A DNA stretch of 64,000 bases. Source: an uncultured Gammaproteobacteria bacterium (GTDB lineage: Bacteria > Cyanobacteriota > Vampirovibrionia > 2-02-FULL-35-15). Each line of letters starts with the position of its first letter. Within the stretch, counting starts at the first letter, position 1. The stretch covers positions 75,914 to 139,913 of the forward strand of contig CAZRTB010000003.1 in assembly GCA_964602915.1 (NCBI GenBank), written 5' to 3'. Under the pieces are notes generated by a model. That model was not told the origin of the DNA, ran no database searches, and worked only from the letters and a program-made list of their open reading frames with translations. Of the stretch, positions 39,879 to 50,421 are shown piece after piece. Both the position numbers and the translations under genes were made by a program.

Positions 39879-40674
39879 GCTTGAAAGCTTCTTTTAGTTT
39901 GCGAGCTAGCTCTACATTTAACTCATGTCCACTTTTAAAACCAATAACATGCATATTTATCTTCAAAGGATTAATTCCACAAAGCATTAAATCTCCAATT
40001 ATATCTAGAATTTTATGATAAGCTGGCTCTAAAGGCTCATAGAGTGGCTTATTAAACTTATCCTCATCAAGAGTTAAAAGCCTATCACTCACTCCAAAGT
40101 AATCATTTTCTTGTTTTCCAGCAAAAGTTCTTGCTCTTAAAATTTTAAATGAATCCTCATTAGAATCATAGCTAGCATACATCTGTCCAAGAGCTTTATG
40201 AGGATGATCCATAAGATAACTAGCTTTAAATCCACTGTGAGGAATAGCTACAATTTCTTTATTTCCACTTTTAATAAAAATTGGCTCTTTTAAGTGGTAG
40301 CACTGATTAGTTTTTAAAGGAGATTTTATATATCCACCATTTTTAAAACATTCATACCAATGAATAGCACTACCATCTTCAAAGACCAATTCATTTGAAT
40401 TAGTTTTAACTTCAATATCAGTAATATCAAGCAAAGCACATGTAGCTAAAAAGTGTTCAATCAAACAAACACTTTCACCATCTTTTGAAAGAACTGTATT
40501 TCTTACTGCATTAGTAACATTATCAACAGAAGCTGAGATTCTTTTATTGTTTAATAAAAAGACTATACCTGAATTTTCTTTAGCTTTTTGAATCGAAACA
40601 ATTACTTCCTCTTTTGAGAATAATCCTTTACCATTTATACTTAAGTCTTTTAATTTATTTATGGTTTCACTCAT
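39871..40674 (-). CDS. lpxC: UDP-3-O-acyl-N-acetylglucosamine deacetylase
   Basis: ARTFAG and HKILDIIGDLMLCG...GFKSGHELN align with the E. coli LpxC segments ARTFGF and HKMLDAIGDLFMCG...YKSGHALN. Confidence 0.8.
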   Translation of the reverse strand: MSETINKLKDLSINGKGLFSKEEVIVSIQKAKENSGIVFLLNNKRISASVDNVTNAVRNTVLSKDGESVCLIEHFLATCALLDITDIEVKTNSNELVFEDGSAIHWYECFKNGGYIKSPLKTNQCYHLKEPIFIKSGNKEIVAIPHSGFKASYLMDHPHKALGQMYASYDSNEDSFKILRARTFAGKQENDYFGVSDRLLTLDEDKFNKPLYEPLEPAYHKILDIIGDLMLCGINPLKINMHVIGFKSGHELNVELARKLKEAFKPI

Positions 40675-41484
40675 ATGAATAGTTCAAGTACAAATGAAAT
40701 TAAATCAAGTGTATCAATACTGCCTCCCAACATTCCATCAATAAAAAATCAGTTTAATATTGTTGGACTTAGTTTAATTCTACTCTTTAGAAGTTACCTT
40801 GCAATATTTACATTTAGAATTCCAAAAAAAGTTTTAATTGAACAAATTGTATCTATTGGTTTTAACACATTACCAATGGTTATTTTAATGACATTCTTTT
40901 CTGGAATGGTTATTTCCCTAGAAACAGCTAAATCCTTACAAGAATATGGTGGACGTGAAACTATTGGAGCTTTAATTTCTGTAGCATCTATTGTTGAGGT
41001 TGCTCCTGTCTTTGTTAGCTTTGCTATCGGAGCACAGGCTGGAACAGCCATTACAAGTGAGCTAGCACACATGCAGATTACTGAACAAATCTCAGCTATG
41101 AGACTGTTTAAAGTTAACCCGGTAAATTACATTGTCGGAACAAGACTACTTGCTATGATTTACTCGCTTTGCATAGCTATTATTATCGGAGCTTTTTGTG
41201 CAATTATGGGAGGGCTATTAGTAGCAAATCTTCAGGCTGGTATTGAAATAAATGTTTATCTAGACTCAGCATGGAGATCTATAAGAATTAAAGATATTTT
41301 CAGGTCATTTATTAAAGGTTTTGTAATTTCAAATTATCTTATCGGCATTCATACTTCTTTTGGTTTAGGTACAAGGGGAGGCGCAAAGGAAGTCGGTCAA
41401 ATGACCTCTGTAAGCACTATATGGAGCACAGTTGGAATTATATGCATTGATGCATTTTTAGACTATATTATGTATTCTGACTAA
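40675..41484 (+). CDS. mlaE: MlaE/YrbE-family ABC permease (phospholipid transport permease)
   Basis: About 260-aa permease with MlaE-like conserved core. No mlaF or mlaD nearby. Confidence 0.7.
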   Translation: MNSSSTNEIKSSVSILPPNIPSIKNQFNIVGLSLILLFRSYLAIFTFRIPKKVLIEQIVSIGFNTLPMVILMTFFSGMVISLETAKSLQEYGGRETIGALISVASIVEVAPVFVSFAIGAQAGTAITSELAHMQITEQISAMRLFKVNPVNYIVGTRLLAMIYSLCIAIIIGAFCAIMGGLLVANLQAGIEINVYLDSAWRSIRIKDIFRSFIKGFVISNYLIGIHTSFGLGTRGGAKEVGQMTSVSTIWSTVGIICIDAFLDYIMYSD

Positions 41485-41651
41485 GCTACTACGTTATGAG
41501 CTTCCCCAACATTTGCATGTCTTGTAACAGGATTATTTAAAAACTCTCTAACAGTTTTTACTCCACCTATTATTAGCGCAGTTTTAGGGTCTAATCCAGA
41601 AGCAAGACCTCCTGCTGTATAACGTCCAAAATTTAGTGCTATGTTATCCAT
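41481..41651 (-). CDS. Possible small protein (56 aa; MDNIALNFGRYTAGGLASGLDPKTALIIGGVKTVREFLNNPVTRHANVGEAHNVVA), not in the ORF track
   Basis: Manually translated minus-strand ORF starting 86 nt downstream of the 231-aa hypothetical gene. Gly-rich and non-random looking, but no homology is recognised. Confidence 0.2.
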   Translation of the reverse strand: MDNIALNFGRYTAGGLASGLDPKTALIIGGVKTVREFLNNPVTRHANVGEAHNVVA

Positions 41652-41737
41652 AAAATACCTTTCTTAAAACTTATGGTTTTACATATATATAAAGAAGTCT
41701 TGTTAGAAAAGTTGATAGTAGATTTTTTAATAAAGTC

Positions 41738-42433
41738 TTAACTTTGTTTAACTAAAGAAGGGGCTTCATTCTTAGAAGAAACTTTTGATATTACATAGTT
41801 TTTCACATCATTAAAATTTAATCCTAGATTTATAGCAGATTGTTCAAGTAGTCTAGACGCAAAACCTTCTGAGGAAAGTGCTCTAAATGCAGATCTGTTA
41901 AATAACTCATTTACTAATTTTTTAGTATTCAATTGCCCAGCATCAATAACATTCACAGAGAATAAAGCAGTTCTTCCTGCAAATCTTACAAGCATATTTC
42001 CAAATCCAGAAGCCGCTTTTGCAAATAAATTAGTGTAGTTATTTGGTTCAAAGAAAGTCGAGCCTAATGTGTTTTCTAAAGCTCTTGTTGATACATCTAC
42101 CCAATCTTTTTTTTCAATTTTTTGACCTTTTGCAAGTTTAAACAATGGGATTTCAATTGTTTTTCTTAAAGACTCAGTACCACCTCTGTAAAGTAATCTT
42201 GAAAACCCATCGATAGAACCTTCGGGAATACGAATCAAACTTCTGACAATAGCATCACTAAAGAGTCTGATAATATCAACAAAATCAAAATTTGCAGGTT
42301 GCGGAAAGGGTAAAGTAGCAGGTCTGTCTACTGAAATTTCTGTTTTTTGGGGAGCTGGACTTGGCTGAGGAGCTGGCCTCGTTCTATGAGTTTCCACAGG
42401 CTTTAATTTTTTTAGAGGAGCTACCGTCATCAA
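41738..42433 (-). CDS. Hypothetical protein with a Pro-rich N-terminus
   Basis: ORF with an N-terminal PAPQPSPAPQ stretch. No recognised domain. Confidence 0.4.
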   Translation of the reverse strand: MMTVAPLKKLKPVETHRTRPAPQPSPAPQKTEISVDRPATLPFPQPANFDFVDIIRLFSDAIVRSLIRIPEGSIDGFSRLLYRGGTESLRKTIEIPLFKLAKGQKIEKKDWVDVSTRALENTLGSTFFEPNNYTNLFAKAASGFGNMLVRFAGRTALFSVNVIDAGQLNTKKLVNELFNRSAFRALSSEGFASRLLEQSAINLGLNFNDVKNYVISKVSSKNEAPSLVKQS

Positions 42434-42681
42434 TTTTATTTAGAACTACTGTATATACCTTCTTACCTAATTCCATACACTAGGTATGGAGTACATTGGT
42501 AAATGTATCAAAACACTAGCTATAAAAATACGAATATAAACTCAAAGATTAAATATTTTAATGTTTAAGTTAAAATATTAAATCCATCTAAACTTCAAAC
42601 AAATATTAGCCATATATTTCAAGAGAAAACAGTCCGAAGATTAAATGTATTTAATCTTCGCAGAGATTTACCGAATTCGTA

Positions 42682-44349
42682 CTACGCATATCCAACTCTT
42701 CCAAATGATTGATCTGCACTAATAGTGCCTAACACCTTCTCAACAGGTTTTGATATAACATCATGCATATCTGTAATTTTTACACCTGCCTGATCAAGAG
42801 TTTCTTTAGCCTTACCTTCTATAGACTCCAAGCTATAACCCAAATCTTTAATGTCTACTTCTGACCCTGAATTGAACTGTTTTTCTCTAAGTAGTGATAA
42901 TAAGAAGGATTCTCTACCCATAGCTTCTCTTCTCTTTGTAAAGAATTTTAAGAACCCAGTATCACCAAATCTTGTAATCATATCAAACATTAATTTAGAA
43001 AATCTATTTTCGCTATTTCCTAAGCCTATTAAATGACCAAAAGGTTCAACGATATTAACTGCGGCTACCATAAATCCAAGGATTGCATTGTTATACCTTG
43101 ATTTATGAGCATAATACAACTGTCTTTCAACTTCTCTATCTGGATCATTTTTGCCTTCACCATTTACAGCGTCTTCATATTTACCTTTAACAGCATCTCC
43201 ACCTGCAATAAATTCTGGAATTATAAATCTAGGAATGTAATTTACTAACTGGAAAAGCTTTCTAGAAGAAGATAAAGCATTAATTAAATTCTTTCCTGTT
43301 TCAATTTTTGATATAGCTAAAATCTTACTTAAAGGATCAAAAACAATAGCTCCAATAAGCCCTAGACTTGCACAAATTGGAGCAGAGAAATCTGTAATAG
43401 ATGAAAGTTTTTGTCTTCTAGATTCATGCTTACCTAATTCGCCATCTTTGATCAAACCTTTTTCTTTTTTCTCTTTTATAACTTCAGCGGGATGCCAGAT
43501 ACCTCTCCAATGCTCAGCCATTCTATCCATAAGCATTCTGCCATAGAGTTTTAATGAAGGCTCTCCAATACCATCAACAACATTGCTTTGATTTATATCT
43601 TTAAAATAATCTACAGACTTAGAGTGTAAATCAGAAATATGTTCATTTAGTGCTTTCTTTGAAGATTCAGAGAATAAAGCCCCAATACCATTTTTAACAA
43701 GCTTCCATGTAGAAGTTACAAAATTAGCATGTAATGATCCACCAAAAAATCTTAAACGCCAATAACATTTAGCTGGTAAATCAAGAACTGTATCAATTAA
43801 TCTTTTATACTCTGAAGGAAGTATTGATGATATTAAGTTAGCAACAGGTTTTACTCTTGCCGCTTTTGTAGCTAATTCTCCTGATCCTGCAACAATTTCT
43901 TCTCCATAAAGCTCTTGCTGTAATCTATTTTCCATCCAGTCGTCTGGTGCTGATATTTTTCCTGACTCGACCGCTTCTAACTGATTTAAAATCTCCTTTT
44001 TAGATAAATTCTTATCAATCCCCATACCATAGAGATTGTGATACATTAAATTATCTCTTTCACCCTCAAAACTACTAGACATCGCTGTAAAGAATTTCTT
44101 TAATCCACCTAAAATAACTCCTTGAGAATCTCCTAAGAAATTTAAATAGTCTAATATGAAACCTGATAAGCCTGATACGACTAAACAAGTGTCAGCTTTT
44201 TGACCAACTTCTCTATTTACAACACCCCATCTTCTGGAGTTCTGATAGTTTTTATAGTTCTCACCAGAGTATCCCATGCTTAAGGTTCTAAGAAGGCCTT
44301 TTTGACCATCGAACCTATTCTGATTTAGCCATGGAATATATGATGACAT
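42682..44349 (-). CDS. Hypothetical 555-aa protein
   Basis: Long ORF with several amphipathic or hydrophobic segments. No recognised catalytic motif. A 12-bp-stem hairpin lies downstream (42635-42660). Confidence 0.45.
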   Translation of the reverse strand: MSSYIPWLNQNRFDGQKGLLRTLSMGYSGENYKNYQNSRRWGVVNREVGQKADTCLVVSGLSGFILDYLNFLGDSQGVILGGLKKFFTAMSSSFEGERDNLMYHNLYGMGIDKNLSKKEILNQLEAVESGKISAPDDWMENRLQQELYGEEIVAGSGELATKAARVKPVANLISSILPSEYKRLIDTVLDLPAKCYWRLRFFGGSLHANFVTSTWKLVKNGIGALFSESSKKALNEHISDLHSKSVDYFKDINQSNVVDGIGEPSLKLYGRMLMDRMAEHWRGIWHPAEVIKEKKEKGLIKDGELGKHESRRQKLSSITDFSAPICASLGLIGAIVFDPLSKILAISKIETGKNLINALSSSRKLFQLVNYIPRFIIPEFIAGGDAVKGKYEDAVNGEGKNDPDREVERQLYYAHKSRYNNAILGFMVAAVNIVEPFGHLIGLGNSENRFSKLMFDMITRFGDTGFLKFFTKRREAMGRESFLLSLLREKQFNSGSEVDIKDLGYSLESIEGKAKETLDQAGVKITDMHDVISKPVEKVLGTISADQSFGRVGYA

Positions 44350-44736
44350 TTACTAATTACTTTTCTTTAAAAAAATTGTTTTAAATAACTTTCTAAAATA
44401 TAAAATGTAAATCTAACTACTAGCTTTAAAAAAACTGGTTTTTAGATCTATATTTTGATTATTTACGATCAGTTAACTTAAAGTCAATCTTTTCTTAATA
44501 ATTTAACCTTCTACTATCTATTTGTTAACCATTTATTCATCATAAAAAAGTGAAAAACAGCAGACAAGGATATAATTTATCACATTTACCTTAATAATTT
44601 CTTAATATTTTAAAAAATATTAAAATTTTTGCATTTTTTTGAGAGTATTTCGCAATAGTAATAACAAGTTATAGGTGATTTTAACGGTTAAAATTAATAT
44701 CCTGCGTAATTTTCTATTTTTAAGGAAGGAAATGAA

Positions 44737-45843
44737 ATGAAATTGTTTGAATTTGAAGCAAAGAAACTAATGGAAATGGCTGGGATAACTGTGCCAAAAG
44801 GAAAAGTAATAAGAATAGCTGAAGAGGTTTTTGGGTTAAAGATAACTTTTCCAGTAGTAATTAAATGCCAGGTTCAAACTGGGGGCAGAGGAAAAGCAGG
44901 TGGAGTAAAGTTTGCTAATAATGTAGAAGAAGCATATGAAATAGCAAAACAGCTTTTAAAACTTGAAATTAAAGGTATTAAAACATCCTCAATATTAATC
45001 GAACCAAAAACTGAAATTGAAAAAGAGCTTTATTTAGCAATCACTTTAGATAGAGGTAAGAAGTGCCATATCCTACTTGGTTCTAGCGAAGGTGGCGTAG
45101 AAATTGAATCCTCAGATTCTATAAAAATAGTCCCTATTGAAGGTGAATATAAACCTTATCTAGGAAGAAAACTTGCAAGTGAAATAGGAATTGAAACTTC
45201 AAAATTAAATGCATTTGCTGATATCGTAAATAAACTCTATAGTGTTTATGAAAAGTATGATTTAGACTTAGCTGAAATCAATCCTTTAGTTTATACAAAG
45301 GATGGAAGGATTTTAGCTCTTGATGGAAAGATGACTGTAAATGAAGATTCAATCGATAGACAGCCTTATTTCGAGGGTTGGGAATCAAACCATCTAACTG
45401 ACATTAGCGACCGTGAAGTAAAAGCAAAATTATCAGGATTAAATCTTGTTGAGCTGTCAGGAAAAATCGGCATTATTTGTAATGGTGCTGGTTTAACAAT
45501 GGCCACTATGGATTTAGTTAAAAACTTTGGTGGTGAACCAGCGAATTTCTTAGATGTTGGCGGTGGAGCAAATGAAGCAAAAGTAACCAGAGCTTTAAAT
45601 CTTGTTTCAGAAAATCCAAATGCAAAAGTTATTTTAGTAAATATTTTAGGTGGAATAACTGCTTGTGATGAAGTGGCAAAGGCACTTAAAGGATTTGCAG
45701 ATAAAAACAAAGATAGAAAATTGGTCGTAAGACTTCTTGGAAACAATCAGCAAAAAGCCGCTGAAATTATGCAAGGATCAGGGATTAAAACCATTGATAA
45801 TTTAGACCTTGCAGTAAAAGAAGCAGTAGCAATAGGAAAGTAA
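44737..45843 (+). CDS. sucC: Succinyl-CoA ligase (ADP-forming) beta subunit
   Basis: ATP-grasp N-terminus plus CoA-ligase domain; followed by sucD 16 nt downstream. Confidence 0.8.
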   Translation: MKLFEFEAKKLMEMAGITVPKGKVIRIAEEVFGLKITFPVVIKCQVQTGGRGKAGGVKFANNVEEAYEIAKQLLKLEIKGIKTSSILIEPKTEIEKELYLAITLDRGKKCHILLGSSEGGVEIESSDSIKIVPIEGEYKPYLGRKLASEIGIETSKLNAFADIVNKLYSVYEKYDLDLAEINPLVYTKDGRILALDGKMTVNEDSIDRQPYFEGWESNHLTDISDREVKAKLSGLNLVELSGKIGIICNGAGLTMATMDLVKNFGGEPANFLDVGGGANEAKVTRALNLVSENPNAKVILVNILGGITACDEVAKALKGFADKNKDRKLVVRLLGNNQQKAAEIMQGSGIKTIDNLDLAVKEAVAIGK

Positions 45844-45859
45844 AAAAGGAGATCTAACA

Positions 45860-46744
45860 ATGGCAGTTCTAATTAATGAAAATACAAAAGTTATAGTTCA
45901 GGGTATTACTGGTGGCATGGGGAAAACACATACTAAACTAATGCTTGACTATGGGACTAAAGTCGTTGCTGGTGTCACACCAGGCAAAGGTGGTCAAGAA
46001 ATCCATGGAGTAAAAGTTTATAATTCTGTTAGCGAAGCTAAAGAAAAAACAGGTGCAACTGTAAGTTGTATTTTTGTACCAGGGTCCCTTACTCTAGATG
46101 CGGCATATGAAGCTTTTGATGCAGGGATAGAACTAGTAATCATTATTACTGAAGGTGTTCCTCCTCATGATGAAGTAAAAATTATTCGTGAAGCAAAAAA
46201 CAGAGGAATAAAAGTAGTTGGACCAAATTGTCCAGGTGTAATTTCTCCAGGGAAATGTCAGATAGGCATTCACCCTGGAATTATTTACAAACCAGGGAAA
46301 GTTGGAATGGTAAGTAGAAGTGGAACGCTCACTTATGAAGTAGCACTTGCATTATCAAATGCTGGAATTGGTCAGTCTACCTGTATCGGTATCGGTGGAG
46401 ATCCAGTTATAGGCATAGGATTTATCGAAGCACTACAACTCTTTAATGATGATAAAGATACAGAAGCTATCGTACTTATGGGAGAAATAGGTGGAACAGC
46501 AGAAGAAGAAGCCGCAGAATACATTAAAAAGAATATAAAGAAGCCAGTGGTAGGCTATATCGCTGGGCGTACAGCACCTCCTGGAAAAAGAATGGGACAT
46601 GCTGGTGCAATTATTTCTGGGAATAAAGGCACAGCTGAAAGCAAACTCAATGCTTTTAAATCAGCAAATGTAGAAGTCGCTGATTTACCAAGCCAAGTAG
46701 TGGAACTTATTAAAAAAGTAATTAAAGTTCCTGTTAAAGCTTAG
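45860..46744 (+). CDS. sucD: Succinyl-CoA ligase alpha subunit
   Basis: [19 protein letters not shown]-terminus and phospho-His loop GHAGAII. Confidence 0.9.
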   Translation: MAVLINENTKVIVQGITGGMGKTHTKLMLDYGTKVVAGVTPGKGGQEIHGVKVYNSVSEAKEKTGATVSCIFVPGSLTLDAAYEAFDAGIELVIIITEGVPPHDEVKIIREAKNRGIKVVGPNCPGVISPGKCQIGIHPGIIYKPGKVGMVSRSGTLTYEVALALSNAGIGQSTCIGIGGDPVIGIGFIEALQLFNDDKDTEAIVLMGEIGGTAEEEAAEYIKKNIKKPVVGYIAGRTAPPGKRMGHAGAIISGNKGTAESKLNAFKSANVEVADLPSQVVELIKKVIKVPVKA

Positions 46745-46750
46745 AAAAAG

Positions 46751-48718
46751 CTAGCTTAAATATGCAGTTGCTTCATTCATAGGATTTGATAAAGTAGATT
46801 TTTCAGTCTGTGATGTTTCATGTAACTCAAATGGTATTTTCTTAATCAAGAATAAGTACCATTTATGCAATGAATCCAACAAAACTATTATTGAAAGTCC
46901 AAGAATAGATGAAATAAGAATTAAATTAATAATAAAGGGCTGTGGATTATCCTCTATTAAAATTTTTGACATCATCCCGAATCTCGGATTAAAGATCTGT
47001 TCTAAAGCACAAGAGATTGTAACTGTGAACATAAAAAACATAGGAATAGCAGTAAGTGCTAAATACTTTTCTTTTTTCATTTTAATGAGAATAGTAGATC
47101 CAATAGCAAGAGCTACTGCTGATAAAAGCTGATTCGCTACTCCAAAAATAGGCCATATAGTAGACACATTTCCATAGAAAATCATATAAGACCATGCACA
47201 CACTACAAATAAACTTCCTAAAATATTTGTAAATTTATTTTTGTAATCACCCCATGATGGATTTATCATGCCTAATGATTCCTGAAATAAAAATCTTGAA
47301 ACTCTTGTGCCAGCATCAATTGTAGTTAAGATAAACAATGCTTCAAACATAATCGCAAAATGATACCAAATGGCTGATAGCTGACCCATATAGGGAAGGC
47401 TACTTAAAACTTTAGTCATACCTACAGCAAGACTAACGGCTCCACCAGTTCTCCCCACTAGATTGTCTTCTCCCACAAGCTTCGTTAATGCAGATAGCTC
47501 AATCGGTTTAACCCAGTCAGGAGTAATCGATGAGTTAATAGCAAAGTAATCATCAGGAAATAAAATACATGCAGCAATGAGTGCCATAATAGCAACAAAT
47601 GCCTCCATAAGCATTCCGCCATAACCAATAAATAAACACTCTGATTCTTTTTTAATCATTTTAGGAGTTGTACCAGAACCAATTACTGAATGGAATCCAG
47701 AAATTGCACCACAAGCAATAGTAATAAATAAAAATGGGAATAGTTTTCCAGGTAAAACAGGTCCTCCACCATGAACGAACTGAGTTACTCTTGGCATTTC
47801 AAGATTCGGAGCTACAAAAATTACTCCAATAGCTAAGAAAAAGATAACTCCAATTTTTAAGAATGAACTTAAATAGTCTCTCGGTGCAAGAAGTAACCAG
47901 ACAGGAAGTGATGCCGCAAAAAAACCATAAACAGCAAGAGCAATGGTGAGTGTTTTACCATCATAAGTAAAATATTTTGCAATATTAGGATCTGCCTGAA
48001 CATACTGACCACCAACTACAGCCATAACAATAAGAACAAAGCCTAAAACAGATGCTTCAAATGTTTTGTGTGGTCTAAGAAATTTCATATAAATTCCTAT
48101 AAACATAGCAATGGGAATAGATGCTGAAATAGTAAAGAGTCCCCAAGCGCTGTGTTTTAAAGCATTTACAACAGCAAGACCAAGTCCTGCCATAGCTACA
48201 ATCATAATAATGAATATTGCAATGCCTGCCGCTATTCCACAGATAGGACCTATTTCCTCTTTAGCAAATTCAGAAATAGATTTTGCATCTCGGCGAAGAG
48301 ACATTACAAGAATAATAAAATCATGGACAGCTCCGGCAAAAACAGATCCTACAAGAATCCATAGAAACCCTGGCAGATAACCAAACTGTGCGGCAAGAAC
48401 AGGTCCCATTAGCGGTCCAGCTCCAGCTATTGCCGCAAAATGATGACCAAAAACAACAAACTTATTTGTAGGAATAAAATCATGTCCATTATTTAAGCGC
48501 TCACTTGGAGTTATTCTTTTATCATCCAGATTTAATATTTTCTTTGCTATAAAAGTCCCATAAAATCTATATCCTAAAAGTAAGAAACAAATTGAAGCTA
48601 CTGTAAGCCATAGAGCATTTACTTTCTCATTTGGATTAAAGATTTCTGCAACTACTGCAAATGAAATTGCACATAAAATTGAAATTACTATCCAAAAGAT
48701 GTGTTTAACTGATTTCAT
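46751..48718 (-). CDS. cstA: Carbon starvation protein A family membrane transporter
   Basis: GHHFAAIAGAGPLMGPVLAAQFGYLPG signature and more than 14 transmembrane helices. Confidence 0.85.
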   Translation of the reverse strand: MKSVKHIFWIVISILCAISFAVVAEIFNPNEKVNALWLTVASICFLLLGYRFYGTFIAKKILNLDDKRITPSERLNNGHDFIPTNKFVVFGHHFAAIAGAGPLMGPVLAAQFGYLPGFLWILVGSVFAGAVHDFIILVMSLRRDAKSISEFAKEEIGPICGIAAGIAIFIIMIVAMAGLGLAVVNALKHSAWGLFTISASIPIAMFIGIYMKFLRPHKTFEASVLGFVLIVMAVVGGQYVQADPNIAKYFTYDGKTLTIALAVYGFFAASLPVWLLLAPRDYLSSFLKIGVIFFLAIGVIFVAPNLEMPRVTQFVHGGGPVLPGKLFPFLFITIACGAISGFHSVIGSGTTPKMIKKESECLFIGYGGMLMEAFVAIMALIAACILFPDDYFAINSSITPDWVKPIELSALTKLVGEDNLVGRTGGAVSLAVGMTKVLSSLPYMGQLSAIWYHFAIMFEALFILTTIDAGTRVSRFLFQESLGMINPSWGDYKNKFTNILGSLFVVCAWSYMIFYGNVSTIWPIFGVANQLLSAVALAIGSTILIKMKKEKYLALTAIPMFFMFTVTISCALEQIFNPRFGMMSKILIEDNPQPFIINLILISSILGLSIIVLLDSLHKWYLFLIKKIPFELHETSQTEKSTLSNPMNEATAYLS

Positions 48719-49009
48719 GACTATTTAGATATTATCCGTAAGATTAAGAGTTGGAAATCTTTACTCTTAACTTGATATGTTTCAATCCACAGTTTTAAAG
48801 CGTATTAACTAAAATTCTATTGTTTTTTGAAGTTTTTTCAGGCTAGCCCTATCCTTAACCTATAAGGGTATAAATGATTATGCTAATATTTTTACTTACA
48901 AATAAGTCATTTTGAACAAGATCAATAAAATCAAAGCTTTAGTATATTCAGTTGAATTTCAACTAGTTTCAGAAAATACTGTGACTGAAAGAATAGGATT
49001 TCCACTTCT

Positions 49010-50410
49010 ATGGATTTAATACTTGGTATTTCTATTTGTTTAGTATTAATTTTACTAAACGGGTTTTTTGTTGGAATTGAGTTTGCACTAGCTCGAGTAA
49101 ATAAAACTAGGATTGAACAAAGAGCAAAAGAAAACAATAAAACAGCAAATTTAATTTTAAACGCACTAAATAATATTGATAGTTATATTTCTGCTGTACA
49201 AATAGGGATAACCATAAGTAGCCTTTCGCTTGGTGCTATTGGTGAACTAACGATTGCGAAGTCACTGATACCATTTGTAGAAACTTTTATTCCTAGTCAT
49301 CTGACAGATTTCACCGCTCATAGTATTGCACTAGTATTTGCATTGTTAATTGTTACTTATTTTCATGTAGTAATTGGTGAAATTATTCCAAAAACTGTTG
49401 CATATGTAAATCCAGAGAAAGCCGCATTTACTCTAATTTGGCCTCTTGAAATTTTTAAATTTATTATCAACCCTCTTGCAATATTACTAAAATCATCAGC
49501 CTCATCAATTTTAAGAGTATTTGGAATTACAGACCTTAGAACTACTTTTGTTTATACTGAAGATGAATTAAAAATGCTCTTAAATGTAAGCCATGAAGAA
49601 GGGGTTTTAGAAGAGACAGAAAAGGAAATGATTACAAATATATTTGATTTTCCTGATACCGTTGCACGTGAAATTATGACTCCAAGAACTGACATGATAT
49701 GCATTGAAGCAAATAAAACAATTAAAGATGCTGTTAAATTTATTATTGAATCAAAACATTCCAGAATACCGATTTTTGAAGAGTCAATTGATAATATCAC
49801 TGGGGTTATTACAACCAGAGACATAATGGAACATATGAATTCCGGAAATGAAAATAAACCAGTTAAAGAGATAGCGAAATCCATTATTAAAGTGCCAGAA
49901 AGCAAACCACTGGATGATCTTTTAACTGAACTTAGAAGAAAGTCTCTTCAAATGGCAATTGTAATTGGAGAATTTGGTGGAACATCAGGACTCGTTACAG
50001 TAGAAGATATTATTGAAGAAATTGTAGGCGAAATTAGAGATGAATATGACATAGAAATGGAACCAATCCAGGTCTTGCCTGATTCTGATATTTTAGTAGA
50101 TGGGAAATTAGCCATAGATGAAGTAAATGAAAAGCTAGGTACAAATTTTTCAAAAGAACACCATGATACAATCGGCGGTTTCACTTTTGGCTTAATAGGA
50201 CAAGAGTTTAACATCGGTGATGAAGTACAAAGTGATGGATATTTATTTAAAGTAGAGGTAAAAGATAAAAGCAGAGTCAAAGTTGTCAGATTAAGAAAGC
50301 TAGTAGACCAAATTAATTCTGAGGAAGAAAACAGCTCTACAAAAAACCACACAAACGGTAATGGTAAAAATAAATCTAAAGATTCAAAAAAAGAAATAAA
50401 GACTCAGTAG
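49010..50410 (+). CDS. CNNM/CorC/TlyC-family protein (DUF21 transmembrane domain, CBS pair, CorC_HlyC domain)
   Basis: DUF21 N-terminus GFFVGIEFALARV, CBS-pair region and a C-terminal transporter-associated domain. Confidence 0.8.
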   Translation: MDLILGISICLVLILLNGFFVGIEFALARVNKTRIEQRAKENNKTANLILNALNNIDSYISAVQIGITISSLSLGAIGELTIAKSLIPFVETFIPSHLTDFTAHSIALVFALLIVTYFHVVIGEIIPKTVAYVNPEKAAFTLIWPLEIFKFIINPLAILLKSSASSILRVFGITDLRTTFVYTEDELKMLLNVSHEEGVLEETEKEMITNIFDFPDTVAREIMTPRTDMICIEANKTIKDAVKFIIESKHSRIPIFEESIDNITGVITTRDIMEHMNSGNENKPVKEIAKSIIKVPESKPLDDLLTELRRKSLQMAIVIGEFGGTSGLVTVEDIIEEIVGEIRDEYDIEMEPIQVLPDSDILVDGKLAIDEVNEKLGTNFSKEHHDTIGGFTFGLIGQEFNIGDEVQSDGYLFKVEVKDKSRVKVVRLRKLVDQINSEEENSSTKNHTNGNGKNKSKDSKKEIKTQ

Positions 50411-50421
50411 GATAATGTTAA

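Noticed and set aside
46741-46762. Palindrome AAGCTAGCTT between convergent sucD and cstA as a terminator
   Set aside because: No loop and no flanking T-tract. Likely just a short palindrome; insufficient for a terminator call.
48940-48995. CRP-like half-site TGTGA and small palindrome AGTTGAATTTCAACT in the cstA/corC divergent region
   Set aside because: Only one TGTGA half-site with no matching TCACA 6 nt away. The palindrome is short and AT-rich.
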